DNA of 64,000 nucleotides, taken from IMG/VR virus record IMGVR_UViG_3300042013_000103. The stretch is one strand, 5' to 3'. A model generated the notes under the pieces. That model saw nothing but the letters and a program-made list of their open reading frames with translations, searched no databases and had not been told where the DNA came from. Positions 9,549 to 19,393 of this stretch are shown here, piece by piece (positions within the stretch are counted from its first letter, which is position 1; each line of letters starts with the position of its first letter). This DNA comes from a virus. Its lineage: Duplodnaviria > Caudoviricetes. The position numbers were made by a program, and so were the translations under genes.

Positions 9549-10003
9549 CAGGGGGTTACCTTGTCAGTGAGGAGTTTGAGTTGTTCTGCACGAAAACGAG
9601 CCCGCTGGTTCGAGAAGTCCCATAGCGTCGCCTCGATCACCGATTTGAACGGCTCTTTTCCGAACTGGTGATCGGGTGTGCCGGTGGCTTGAGCAAGGAA
9701 CCAGGTTGGAGGGCGATCGACCGGGGTAGAGCGGCCGGTGTCCCCTTCATACACAACCGAATGCATGGTGCTGACCAACAGACGCCACAACCCATCCTGC
9801 TCCAACGCAATGTTGCGGGACAAAAGGTCGTAGATGTCAGCGTTGCGCAGGTGCATGGCCGCAGCCAGTTCGTCCATGGTCGGGTGTTCGTCCAGCATCA
9901 CTGCCTTGTACAACAAGGTCTTCAGGTAGTGACGCTGGAAAGCAATGCGGGGGTCGAACATTTCGAGGGTGATGCGTTGGTCTTGAGCAAACAATACGTC
10001 CAT
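9548..10003 (-). CDS. putative HTH DNA-binding protein (start MDVLFA)
   Basis: PTMDELAAAMHLRNADIYDLL HTH-like. Confidence 0.6.
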   Translation of the reverse strand: MDVLFAQDQRITLEMFDPRIAFQRHYLKTLLYKAVMLDEHPTMDELAAAMHLRNADIYDLLSRNIALEQDGLWRLLVSTMHSVVYEGDTGRSTPVDRPPTWFLAQATGTPDHQFGKEPFKSVIEATLWDFSNQRARFRAEQLKLLTDKVTP

Positions 10004-10068
10004 TGAAAGGTTCCTTTTGATGGGGGACATAAAAGAAGGCCCGAAGGCCCTCTCTTACGCACAGTCGA

Positions 10069-11022
10069 TCAGGAGATAACCAAGCCATCGCTGGTGAGGT
10101 TGTCGTCCACGTCGGTCATGGGTTTGCGGGTGCGGTAGGCGCCGAAGGTACGGGCCATGGCCTGACCGCGTTCGCTCAGGGTGTTGTGAATTTCATCCAC
10201 ACCGATGACGTTGATCACGAAGTGGGCTTGGTCACAGTCCATCGCATCGGGGTCGATCGGGAAACCCGCGGTTTTGCTGTACGCTTCACCGAAGGTGGTT
10301 TCCTTGGCCTCGTCCGCGAACAACGAAGCAATTGCGATCGGTTCCAACACACCCGCCGCTTCAGCCCGCGAGTCGGTGATGAACAGGGTGGAGAGTTGTG
10401 GCTCGATCGGGTGCAGGCGTGAGTACTGCAACCAGTTCTGCACGTCTTTGGTGTCGAGGCGATGGTTGTTCTGCGAACTCAGGGTCAGCAGCAGGTCAAT
10501 GCCCCATGCCGCCCGGTCGTTGGTTTCCGCAAACGAAACCCCGGTCTTGTTTTCCAGGTAGTGCATGACCACCGGGAGCTTCAGTTCCACGGCGTTCACT
10601 TCCAGGCCTTTCAACGTGTCACGGGTGTTGCTCCATTGTTTCTTGGCGGTGTCGTCACCGACCACCACCAGCACCGTGGACAGCCCATCCTTCAGCAGAG
10701 AGCGCGCCAACAGCGGACCGATCACCGAACCCGAACCACCACCGGCACAGAACACCACGATGTTGAATTCAACGCCCGGGAACTCGGCAAGCACGCTTGG
10801 GATTTGTGGCGCAGCTTTCGGGTAACTGTAGGAACGGTCAGAACCCGCACCGTGCAGCCCTTCGAGCAGGTAGATGTTGGAGTCTTGCATGTCGGGAGTG
10901 ATGTTCGCATCACCGGTGTCGACGAAGGCGAAGCGGGGATCATTCGGGCCCATCAGGCGACCGATGTTGAAGCCAGTGCCGCCACAGAAGTACACACGGT
11001 GTTTCAATACAGGACTGCTCAT
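10069..11022 (-). CDS. phuZ: phage tubulin-like protein PhuZ
   Basis: YFCGGTGFNIG, FVDTGDAN, GAGSDR, tubulin signature GGGSGS and acidic C-terminal tail (DVDDNLTSDGLVI); start taken at MSSPVL after an AAGGT RBS. Confidence 0.93.
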   Translation of the reverse strand: MSSPVLKHRVYFCGGTGFNIGRLMGPNDPRFAFVDTGDANITPDMQDSNIYLLEGLHGAGSDRSYSYPKAAPQIPSVLAEFPGVEFNIVVFCAGGGSGSVIGPLLARSLLKDGLSTVLVVVGDDTAKKQWSNTRDTLKGLEVNAVELKLPVVMHYLENKTGVSFAETNDRAAWGIDLLLTLSSQNNHRLDTKDVQNWLQYSRLHPIEPQLSTLFITDSRAEAAGVLEPIAIASLFADEAKETTFGEAYSKTAGFPIDPDAMDCDQAHFVINVIGVDEIHNTLSERGQAMARTFGAYRTRKPMTDVDDNLTSDGLVIS

Positions 11023-11053
11023 GATTGTTACCTTATTGCTAGGAGTTTTGAGA

Positions 11054-11515
11054 TTAGTGGTCACTACGGGCAGTAATGGCCATGACGATCTTTTCGAAAC
11101 AGTTGTAGAACAGAACTTCTACGTAACCGTTGCACAGTTTCGTTTCCCAGGTGCCCCCGTTGGTCACGTGCGTGAGGATTTGTTCACGTATATAAGTAAG
11201 CTTGTAAACCTCGGGTTTCAACCACAACGGGGCAAACAGTTCCGTCAACCATTCCAGCGAAGGCACCCGTCGCTTGGGGTTGTTGGTGTCATTGGCCATG
11301 AACCGAGAGGTATCCACGATGTTGTTCTCGGCATCAAACAGCACCAGTAGCACACCGGCGTCTTTGGCGTATTTGTTGAGGGTGTAACCCCCTTGGGCGT
11401 CGATGTTATTGGCAATGGCCTGGGTCACCAATGCAGCGGTGTACTCCGAGAGCATCACCCCATGTCGCTTAAAGGTTTGTTGGATGGCTTCCTGGGTAGG
11501 TTTAGCTTGTGGCAT
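11054..11515 (-). CDS. hypothetical protein upstream of phuZ
   Basis: 153-aa ORF with an AGGAG RBS. Confidence 0.7.
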   Translation of the reverse strand: MPQAKPTQEAIQQTFKRHGVMLSEYTAALVTQAIANNIDAQGGYTLNKYAKDAGVLLVLFDAENNIVDTSRFMANDTNNPKRRVPSLEWLTELFAPLWLKPEVYKLTYIREQILTHVTNGGTWETKLCNGYVEVLFYNCFEKIVMAITARSDH

Positions 11516-11560
11516 TCTGACGCTCCTATTTCCTGTACATCATCTACCTCCGCAGTATTG

Positions 11561-11665
11561 TTACACAATGCGGACGATGCTTCCTTTACCGTTCCGGTAG
11601 ATGACCCACTCGATCTTGCGCCCTTGGTCGAGGGCTTGTTGCAGTGCGTTGTTCGTGTTCGGCAT
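11561..11665 (-). CDS. 34-aa micro-protein MPNTNNALQQALDQGRKIEWVIYRNGKGSIVRIV
   Basis: Hand-called; AGGA RBS and phage-like codon use. Confidence 0.5.
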   Translation of the reverse strand: MPNTNNALQQALDQGRKIEWVIYRNGKGSIVRIV

Positions 11666-11913
11666 GCGGTGGTTTTCCTGGTCACTTGAGATGAATCGGC
11701 TTACTAAATAAGGAATAATTACGCGGGTCCTCCCCAGAGGGTCCCCCCCACATAATTATATTCTTTATAGGTAAATCTTTGTTAGAAAACAAAAGCTTTT
11801 AAAAGAAAACAGCTTACTGAATTCCCTGTCGTTCCAAAAGCTTTATAGCGCGATTTTGTTAAAACCGACGAACGGCATACCACCTCCCCAGAGGGAGGCA
11901 GCGGGCTCAGACA

Positions 11914-13239
11914 TTACTCAATGGTTTCGATGATGCCGGTTTCCGTGATCACGTCTTCTTCCTTCTCCCCAAGCAAAAATTGGGTCGAGATCACTTTGAA
12001 GCTGAAGTCCCGTGTGAGCGACTTGTACACCAACCCTTCCCGGTAGCTACCTTTGCGTCCGTTAAAGACCGCAGGGCCCTCAGCGGCGGCCAGGCAGTCC
12101 TTTACCGTAGGAGGCAGCAAAGTGCAAGGGTCAGCCACTGGAATGTACCTCAACCCCAGGACTTCACAGATGGAACGGGCACCGTGAGGCGGTAGTTCCA
12201 TGTTGCCGTTGCTGTAAATCTTGTACACGAAGAACTCGCGGGCTTCCAACCCTTCGAAGTTCGACTGAATGCCCGGACCACAGAGTTCCCCTTGCAGGGT
12301 CAACGCCACCCCCGAGTTCTGCTGGTAACGTTGCAACTTTTCCACCAGGCCATGGGCTTTCACGTAATTGGTGAAGTCGTTGCTATCGTTCTTGCTGACT
12401 TTCCAGGCCGGCCAGATCAAACGGCGACGAGCGATGCACCGGCGGTTGCGACCCAAGAAACTGGCCACCCAGTAACGCAGCTGTTCAAAGCGGGTCCATG
12501 GCACGGGTTCCAGGTCGTACTCAACGTTCCGGGAACACACCCCCGACAACATCATGGCGTCTTGCACCACGTTGTAGACGGTCATCGACGCGCCATTCAG
12601 CTTGATCGACGCTTCGAAAAGCTCATTGTTCTCCACAGCCTTCCGGTACGCCATTGTGAGGTTCTGTACGCGATCCTCAGTCGACTTGGTAAGAAACTTA
12701 GGCCACGGCTTCTCATTCTGCAGATCGCCCATTACACGGGCTACCAGGCGCTCGTACCAATCCGGGGCTTTCAGGGACTCGGCGTTCTTCTTACCGGAGG
12801 ATTCGTACTTCAGAATCCCCAGTTCCAAGGTCACGTTGTCGTCGACCTTCTTGCCGCTGAGTTCTGCGGGGATCGGCACCACCAACCCTTGGGCCAGCTC
12901 CTTGCGGAACTTGGTGGTCTTCAGGCGGTGGTAGTTGGTCCCGTTGACGGTGCGCAGGTCAGAACGACGCGCTTCCAAGAACGAAAACAGCGGGTGTTCA
13001 ACCGGCAACAAACTGTCGATCTCACAGTAGATCGCGCGATCCCCGGCTTTGTATTCGTCGAGTTTGACCACACACTGCCAGCCCCCAACCAACGCCAAGG
13101 ACAACCGATCGGCGTTAGGATGTTTGATCACTTCGTCGATGACGACGATGCGGGCCAGTTTACGTTCGGTTTCCACCACCCCCACGCCAGAACGGATCGG
13201 CGCGAGTTCTTCGGGCAGTACAGTTTCAATTGCAGTCAT
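11914..13239 (-). CDS. ATP-dependent RNA ligase (DRB0094/Rnl2-like)
   Basis: N-terminal IKHPNADRL...GWQCVV...YCEIDS domain; motifs KLNG (I), QGELCGPGIQ (III), FFVY (IIIa), REGLVYK (IV), FKVIS (V). Confidence 0.88.
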   Translation of the reverse strand: MTAIETVLPEELAPIRSGVGVVETERKLARIVVIDEVIKHPNADRLSLALVGGWQCVVKLDEYKAGDRAIYCEIDSLLPVEHPLFSFLEARRSDLRTVNGTNYHRLKTTKFRKELAQGLVVPIPAELSGKKVDDNVTLELGILKYESSGKKNAESLKAPDWYERLVARVMGDLQNEKPWPKFLTKSTEDRVQNLTMAYRKAVENNELFEASIKLNGASMTVYNVVQDAMMLSGVCSRNVEYDLEPVPWTRFEQLRYWVASFLGRNRRCIARRRLIWPAWKVSKNDSNDFTNYVKAHGLVEKLQRYQQNSGVALTLQGELCGPGIQSNFEGLEAREFFVYKIYSNGNMELPPHGARSICEVLGLRYIPVADPCTLLPPTVKDCLAAAEGPAVFNGRKGSYREGLVYKSLTRDFSFKVISTQFLLGEKEEDVITETGIIETIE

Positions 13240-14630
13240 TCAGCAGCATCCTTTTTAGGGTCGATTCCAGAGACATAAGTTTCGAAGATAGCCAACAAAC
13301 GTTCGGGGTTTAACGTGCTTTCATAGTCGTACATCACCATGGGTTTGGTCATGTCGGTCTGACCAGTAGCGATCCGGTAACGGACTTCGGCCCGCCATTC
13401 GTTTTCGTCTCGACCTTCCGGTACGGGCATGGCGTTGACTAGGAAATCCGACGGCCCCGACTTACCTAGGTTCGAGGCATGGGACCAATAAACCCCCTCT
13501 TGGAATTGACCGGTGGAAAAGTCGAAAAGGGGTTGATCGTTCAGGGTCTTCCGGAGGTGGGCGTTGGTGAACGACCCCGCCACACCATCCGATTCTGAGC
13601 AATGGCGTAAGCGCTCGGACAGGTTTGCCATCACCGCGTTCGGATCGAGTGGTGCGACATTTGTGCTTTCTGTTGGGTGGACGTAGAAAGCCATCGTTTC
13701 GTTACGACCAGTTTGCGTAGTCTCAGCCATGATCTGAATCAGGTCATGGACGTTACCTAGGGACGTACCCTCTTCATGTTCTGCGTATGTACGTAAACGC
13801 TCGGACAGGTTTGCCATCACGGTGTTCGGATCAACCCAAGGGGCGAATGGCCGTTCGCCAAAAATGATCTGGTACAGACGACGGTGGGTCTCTACCATTG
13901 CACCTTCTTCAGGTACTGGTCCGAAACGGAGAACGTCATGCCAGGTTGCCGTGTCCACCATCAAGCCTTTGCCGCTTGGGGTGTCGAGGATGCTGTACGC
14001 CGCCAGTCCGATGGAACCCAGCACTTTCAAGTCACCCACCACAATGGTGAACGGTCCGCCTACTTTGGCTTCCAGTTCCGCCAAGACCTCGACGTCGCTT
14101 TTGAACAGTTTGCTGCTGGCATCCTGCAACGCATCCCGAATGGCCAGTTCCCGTTCCATTTGGCGTGCTTGTGGTTCCAAGGCCGCAAAGCCTTCCCGGA
14201 CCACATCGGCAGTGGTCTTGCCGAACGTGGAATTGGGGACGATGTTCTTTACCAAACGGGATGGTTTGGCACGTTGCAACAGTCGATTAAACATAGACGA
14301 CATATCCTGAGGAATGTTGTGGGTGGCTTTACGGTCCCGGCCTTCGCCTTGTACGGGTTGTTCCAGTTTGGCGTACCAACTGCAATCGTCCGCGTCCGAG
14401 TACATTGGAATCTCGAGGTGCTTGGTGGAATCCCGCGACACCTGGGAAGCCAGGTTTGCCATGCTCAGGGCCAAAGAGAGTCGATGGGAAAACATATCTT
14501 CCTCCATGAGGACCATGCCAAAGTTGTGGAGACCGGGATCGATCCCCAAAATGCGGCGCGTGGGTGGGGTTACCGGCAAGGGGCTATCTAACCCGACGCA
14601 GACGAACGACAAGCCATCGAATGGGTTCAT
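13236..14630 (-). CDS. hypothetical protein with N-terminal RuvC-like motif and an internal repeat
   Basis: ILGIDPGLHNFGMVL near the N-terminus; DPNxVMANLSERLR occurs twice. Confidence 0.65.
   Translation of the reverse strand: MNPFDGLSFVCVGLDSPLPVTPPTRRILGIDPGLHNFGMVLMEEDMFSHRLSLALSMANLASQVSRDSTKHLEIPMYSDADDCSWYAKLEQPVQGEGRDRKATHNIPQDMSSMFNRLLQRAKPSRLVKNIVPNSTFGKTTADVVREGFAALEPQARQMERELAIRDALQDASSKLFKSDVEVLAELEAKVGGPFTIVVGDLKVLGSIGLAAYSILDTPSGKGLMVDTATWHDVLRFGPVPEEGAMVETHRRLYQIIFGERPFAPWVDPNTVMANLSERLRTYAEHEEGTSLGNVHDLIQIMAETTQTGRNETMAFYVHPTESTNVAPLDPNAVMANLSERLRHCSESDGVAGSFTNAHLRKTLNDQPLFDFSTGQFQEGVYWSHASNLGKSGPSDFLVNAMPVPEGRDENEWRAEVRYRIATGQTDMTKPMVMYDYESTLNPERLLAIFETYVSGIDPKKDAAE
13606..13832. 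repeat. 41-bp imperfect direct repeat, 186 bp apart, within the CDS
   Basis: CGCTCGGACAGGTTTGCCATCAC exact at 13612-13634 and 13798-13820, with flanking similarity. Confidence 0.9.
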
Positions 14631-15412
14631 TCACGGTCTTCCATAGCCAACGCAACTGATTCGTGGAACTTACCGGTGGCCAGATCCACTGCCGCGTGGT
14701 AGAGGTTGAAACGGTAGGTTTCCGGGTTCCCATTCACCGCTGGAATGGACATTTGGAAGTGTTCCACCACCACCTTGCCTTCGGCATCCGTGCGTTTGCC
14801 GTAGGTGTAGGTCATGGCGGCACCGGGTTGGCCAGTCTCTTCGAGCAAGTACGCGATTTGGGCAGCGTACAAGTGTAACGCTTCGCCCAACCACGCCGGC
14901 CGGTTGGATTTGACCAAGGCCAAAAAGCTCTTCTTACTGGAGAGAGTTTTTTGATCGTCCAACTGGGACGGTTTCTCGGTGAAGGTGAAAATGCGGAAAC
15001 TGTTCTGCGTGCACGGTTCTCGTTTGACGATAGTGCAGGTTTTACGGCTGGAGTGATTGTAGCCCTGGCAGATGAAGGTGTCTTGAATGAACAGTTCTGC
15101 AGCTGCGCGACGGCGACTGGTGATGAAGTCCATGGAACGGACGTCCGCCAGCAACACGTTCAAGGCTTTTTCGGCCACGGCCTCGTGATTGAATTTCTGT
15201 TCCGGCAACTCAGCGAAGCGCACCGTGATATGCCCCAGGACTTTTTGGTCGTGTGACACCTCCACTACCGCGTTGTCGTCATTCGCTTGAATTTTGATGT
15301 CCAAGCAAGTGGCGCATTGTTCCATATGGAAGATGTGCTTGGTGCCGCGTTGGAACAGTTCGTCGGAAACGCCCAGTTGGTTGTACCAGCCAGGAAAGAA
15401 AAAATGAGCCAT
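14627..15412 (-). CDS. hypothetical protein
   Basis: 261-aa ORF; first gene after the promoter at 15454. Confidence 0.7.
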   Translation of the reverse strand: MAHFFFPGWYNQLGVSDELFQRGTKHIFHMEQCATCLDIKIQANDDNAVVEVSHDQKVLGHITVRFAELPEQKFNHEAVAEKALNVLLADVRSMDFITSRRRAAAELFIQDTFICQGYNHSSRKTCTIVKREPCTQNSFRIFTFTEKPSQLDDQKTLSSKKSFLALVKSNRPAWLGEALHLYAAQIAYLLEETGQPGAAMTYTYGKRTDAEGKVVVEHFQMSIPAVNGNPETYRFNLYHAAVDLATGKFHESVALAMEDRE

Positions 15413-15453
15413 TAGAAAAATGCCTTGTGGTGGTTAGGGTAAAGATCACTAAC

Positions 15454-15463
15454 GTAATATAGT
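15454..15463 (-). promoter_or_regulatory. early promoter motif ACTATATTAC
   Basis: Plus-strand GTAATATAGT upstream of a minus-strand operon. Confidence 0.7.
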
Positions 15464-15530
15464 TCTGACTTATTTTAAAATCTACCGAACGGGCATAAGA
15501 AGAGCCCGAAGGCTCCTCTTGTGGGGGTTG

Positions 15531-15818
15531 TTACGGGAACGCTTGACGGTCGATCACGGCGAAGCTGCCCTTCTCGATGTAAGCCAACAGCGTGGCCTTG
15601 TTGGTCACGTTGGAACTGCGGTCCACGGAAAACTGGATGGACAACTTACCCGCCACGTTGTAAATGGCTGCTTCGTGGTGCACGGGTTCGAATTCCAGGG
15701 TATCGGTGACATCCGTGAGGTAGCTGAGGTTAAACAGACGACGGATCACTTCCTTGCAAAACTCCACCGGCAACCGAGTTGCGGTGGACACTTCAGCCAA
15801 CGTTACTTCAATTTTCAT
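15531..15818 (-). CDS. hypothetical protein
   Basis: 95-aa ORF with an RBS. Confidence 0.65.
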   Translation of the reverse strand: MKIEVTLAEVSTATRLPVEFCKEVIRRLFNLSYLTDVTDTLEFEPVHHEAAIYNVAGKLSIQFSVDRSSNVTNKATLLAYIEKGSFAVIDRQAFP

Positions 15819-15827
15819 AGGGGTACC

Positions 15828-16592
15828 TTAGAGGGTGTAGTATTCGTGGTACTGAGCCAACGTGGGGTCGGTCAGTTGAATGTCTTGGCGGGTTAAGCGC
15901 ACCACATAATGAGTGGTGTTATCGCGCTTGATCCTGCCGCTGATGGTCGTCTTGGCGTAATCCTGCACCGTCAATTCTTCCACCGTGTCAAACACCACAC
16001 CTAACTTCATGTACCGTGTCACCAAGCGAGCCAAAGCCCGACCTGCTTCTCCTGGAACCACCGCCAGCGCTTCCCACAATCCAGGGTGCGTTACGCGGTC
16101 GAGAGGCACGGGGCCTAGTTCGGTTAAAATATCCAGTTGGAACGGCACCAACCCTAACGTGACGATAATCGGACGGAAAATGCGGTAGCCAGTCGCCGTG
16201 CATTCCATTCGGTAGTGGGCAGTCGGATTAGTATCCTGCAAGGCCTCTAGGTGGTCTTCTAAGGCACGCATGATGGAGACGTTGTACCGTAGGGTACTTT
16301 CGATATAATCCCGCTCAAACGCAGCCTGAGCGCTTTCATTAGGAAAGGCCTTCATCACACTCCAACTCAATGTTTGTCCCGTTGCTTTCTCCGTCAACAC
16401 GAACATGTAGTGCGTGGCATCAATCAATTGCCATTGCACCGACCAGGCGTCCGGTTGGCACAATGCGTTGCACCGTTTGCACAGGTCTTTCAGCCGTTCC
16501 CGGTCTTTCAGTTGCTGTCCCAGTTGACACACGTCGTACTGACTGAGGTCAATGCTGGTGTCAACAACCGGTTTAATCGTACACCAACTCAT
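15828..16592 (-). CDS. hypothetical protein
   Basis: 254-aa ORF with a GGAGA RBS. Confidence 0.7.
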   Translation of the reverse strand: MSWCTIKPVVDTSIDLSQYDVCQLGQQLKDRERLKDLCKRCNALCQPDAWSVQWQLIDATHYMFVLTEKATGQTLSWSVMKAFPNESAQAAFERDYIESTLRYNVSIMRALEDHLEALQDTNPTAHYRMECTATGYRIFRPIIVTLGLVPFQLDILTELGPVPLDRVTHPGLWEALAVVPGEAGRALARLVTRYMKLGVVFDTVEELTVQDYAKTTISGRIKRDNTTHYVVRLTRQDIQLTDPTLAQYHEYYTL

Positions 16593-16674
16593 GGCGTTCT
16601 CCTCTGTGGAATTCTTCTACAGATTATTGCGCCATAAACCCCTCCTGGTTGCCGGCCAAGGAGAGGGAATTGCA

Positions 16675-17715
16675 TTACAGGTTGATGTGGATGGACTTGG
16701 GTTTCTCCACCCCGGTTTCCATCAGGTTAATCGACAAACGCGACTGGCCGTAGTTGGACAGTTCGAAGGAGGTCACCACAGGGTCGTTCAAGGACTTCAA
16801 GACCATGACCAAATACTCGTTGATCCAACCGAGGGGCAACTTCAGCAGTCCGGCGAGTTTCTCGAGGCCCTGGGAAGCCCGCTCGATGGACATGCACGCC
16901 ACCGCATGGCTGTCTTTTTTGTGTTCGTGTGAATTGACGTCCATCGCGTGGATGGTGGCGTCGTCTTTAAACAGGTAATAGCTTCCGGTGTATTGCGACG
17001 TCAATTCGTCATGACCATACCGGTGTGTCGTACGCACTAGCTGCCCGTACTGCGGGTCGAGTTTCGGGATGAGCGAAACAGGCGCAACGCCGAGGTTCAA
17101 CACCACCGAGTAACTCAGGCCGGCTTTCAGGTAATTGGCCGTGAGGGTGTAATCATGACTGGATTTGGTCAACCGCATGTTGTCGCAGCCAAAACCCTTC
17201 TCACTCAGGGCTTTGTCCAGCTGAGCGAACATGCTGACGCGGGCAATGGAACTGTCCCCGCCGTCGCGGCACAGGGTCACGGCCGTAATGATCGTGCGCT
17301 TGCGGACGTCCGCGGTGACCAGTTCCTCGACAGACCGGTCGACGTACCAGCTGTTCCGGGGTTTCAGTTCCAGGATGCTGAAACCGGTGGCTTTCACCAC
17401 CACGGTGCCGCCTTTGGGTCGGAACCCCACCAACGGGTATGTCCCGCCATCGCGGGTGTCGTCGATGGCACCTTCAATCAGATGATATTCAGCCGGCACA
17501 TGGCCGTTCAACACGTCGGACAGGAGGACCTGGTCTTCTTCTTTGATCTTGGTGCGTTCGGGTTGGCATGCAGCCTGCCACGGCAGAAAAGGATCGGCAC
17601 CCGTGGCCGATGCCGAGGCGTTCACAGGAGCACCGGCGGTTACAGCGACTTGCGGTTCTTCCGACGGAGCAATTTCGGCATCGGTTTGTTGCTCATTAAC
17701 GAGGGACATCGGCAC
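16675..17715 (-). CDS. hypothetical protein with low-complexity acidic/Ala-Pro N-terminus
   Basis: 346-aa ORF with strong codon bias. Confidence 0.7.
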   Translation of the reverse strand: MPMSLVNEQQTDAEIAPSEEPQVAVTAGAPVNASASATGADPFLPWQAACQPERTKIKEEDQVLLSDVLNGHVPAEYHLIEGAIDDTRDGGTYPLVGFRPKGGTVVVKATGFSILELKPRNSWYVDRSVEELVTADVRKRTIITAVTLCRDGGDSSIARVSMFAQLDKALSEKGFGCDNMRLTKSSHDYTLTANYLKAGLSYSVVLNLGVAPVSLIPKLDPQYGQLVRTTHRYGHDELTSQYTGSYYLFKDDATIHAMDVNSHEHKKDSHAVACMSIERASQGLEKLAGLLKLPLGWINEYLVMVLKSLNDPVVTSFELSNYGQSRLSINLMETGVEKPKSIHINL

Positions 17716-17821
17716 GTACTCGTGAAGGTTAGCGGGGCTATCACAAAATGAGACAGCGCAGTATAACTACATTTCTGAAGCCAATGGTGTAGATTAATAA
17801 CTGGCCTAAACAGGTGTACCC

Positions 17822-19054
17822 ATGACCAGAGTGACCATTAAGGAAGTCTTGGACGAAGAGTTCAAAGACGTGAAGTTCGACACTGAACTCTGCAAGCGGA
17901 TCATCAAATACAACGTGCGGTTGATGAACGTCAACGCCAACCACTCCGCGTTCTTCGGCGGGGTGTTGATTGGGGTGAATGAAATCCGGTTTCACGAGTC
18001 GGACATGGAACTCTGGTACGAGGACGTGTTGGGCATTGACGAAGAGATGCTGAAGCACAACTTCGCCCGGGTGTCGTCCATCGACAAAGACCACAAAGTG
18101 ATCTCCACGGCGTTCAACCACCTACCGGGGTACATCACTTACCGGTTGAACCAAGAACGGAACATCCCGCAGAACGTCCGGCACGAAGCGGAAGTGGCGT
18201 TGTTCATGATCATGCACATTCGGTTCTTGACCTCGTTGTTGGTGCCCCGCTTTAAGTACCCGGCCAAGAAAGCCATCGCCGAAGCGGCCTTTGCCGCGTT
18301 GTCGTACAAATACGACATCAAGAACTACGGCAGTTGGCGGGATTTGCTGAAGGCCCGTTCCGAAGACATCCTGGTGCGGGATTCGATCTACGCCAAAGTG
18401 TTCCAGCAGTACAACGACGAACACATGGCGATCCGTTTGGTGTCCGACAAACAAACGCTCATCCGGAAACTGATCAACAAGTATTTCGGTGTGTATTGCC
18501 TGGTCAAAGAAAACGGGGGTCGGATTGTAACGACCTCGGACATGATGATGTCCACCGATGGTGACATGGTGCTGAAAGACCGAACCACGGGGTATTCGAC
18601 CTACGTCAGTTACCTCAACACAGTGATCCAACGGGAACGGGACTTCATTCGCCCAGAGTTGCAAACAGTGGTGGAACAAGCGGTGGAGCAGATGCCACCG
18701 CAGCTGCTCGACAAAACGTTGGCGTACATGTCCAAGAACTACACCCAAGCGCGCATGAAGCACTTGGAGACGTTTACGGAAGAGTGCTTGCTCTACACCT
18801 TTGATTACCTGCAGTCGATCCGGACTCAAGCAGGGCGCAACACGGACCTGGTGGGCATGGTCACCCAAGTGCGGGCCAAACTCATGGCCTCCCGGTCGGA
18901 AGACATTCGGGTGTTGACCATTCGGGAAGCCGGGGAACAGATTGTCAAGGAAGCCACGGGCGTGAAAACCCCCGCCTCCTTAGCGGCCACCCGGACGGGG
19001 TTGATGCTGTACCTGATGTTGCGGGCGATGACCCGTCAACATTACGACAGTTGA
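17822..19054 (+). CDS. conserved phiKZ-family protein, probable virion structural protein (gp32-like position)
   Basis: 410-aa ORF; synteny between phuZ and tail tube. Confidence 0.6.
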   Translation: MTRVTIKEVLDEEFKDVKFDTELCKRIIKYNVRLMNVNANHSAFFGGVLIGVNEIRFHESDMELWYEDVLGIDEEMLKHNFARVSSIDKDHKVISTAFNHLPGYITYRLNQERNIPQNVRHEAEVALFMIMHIRFLTSLLVPRFKYPAKKAIAEAAFAALSYKYDIKNYGSWRDLLKARSEDILVRDSIYAKVFQQYNDEHMAIRLVSDKQTLIRKLINKYFGVYCLVKENGGRIVTTSDMMMSTDGDMVLKDRTTGYSTYVSYLNTVIQRERDFIRPELQTVVEQAVEQMPPQLLDKTLAYMSKNYTQARMKHLETFTEECLLYTFDYLQSIRTQAGRNTDLVGMVTQVRAKLMASRSEDIRVLTIREAGEQIVKEATGVKTPASLAATRTGLMLYLMLRAMTRQHYDS

Positions 19055-19102
19055 CAAAAAAGAAAATCATACGCCCTCTCCCGAAGGAGAGGGCGATATG
19101 CC
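19055..19102. terminator. bidirectional intrinsic terminator
   Basis: GCCCTCTCC-CGAA-GGAGAGGGC plus an A-tract; identical to 40635-40662. Confidence 0.8.
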
Positions 19103-19103
19103 G

Positions 19104-19376
19104 TCACACCCGAGGGGCGAGAAAGTGCATCGGGTCATCGCGCGGGTCTTTGACCAACGTGCAGTCGACTTCCCACCAGCGTGCGCCGTAAATGTCCCAG
19201 CGGCGATAGCTGTTGTTGTAGGGTTGACGGAAACTGACGTTTTTGAAACGTTTGCGCAACCGCATCATGGCCATGTCTTTAAGGATCCGCCGTTCCCACG
19301 TAGGGCCCAACAGGACCCCGTCTTCCAGGTACGCCGAGAGGAGCTTGCCCATGGGCAATGGTTGGTGGTTGAGCAT
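19104..19376 (-). CDS. hypothetical protein (paralogue of 19718-20122)
   Basis: KRFKNVSF...RWDIYG..WEV motif. Confidence 0.65.
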   Translation of the reverse strand: MLNHQPLPMGKLLSAYLEDGVLLGPTWERRILKDMAMMRLRKRFKNVSFRQPYNNSYRRWDIYGARWWEVDCTLVKDPRDDPMHFLAPRV

Positions 19377-19393
19377 TATAATGTTCCTATTGG

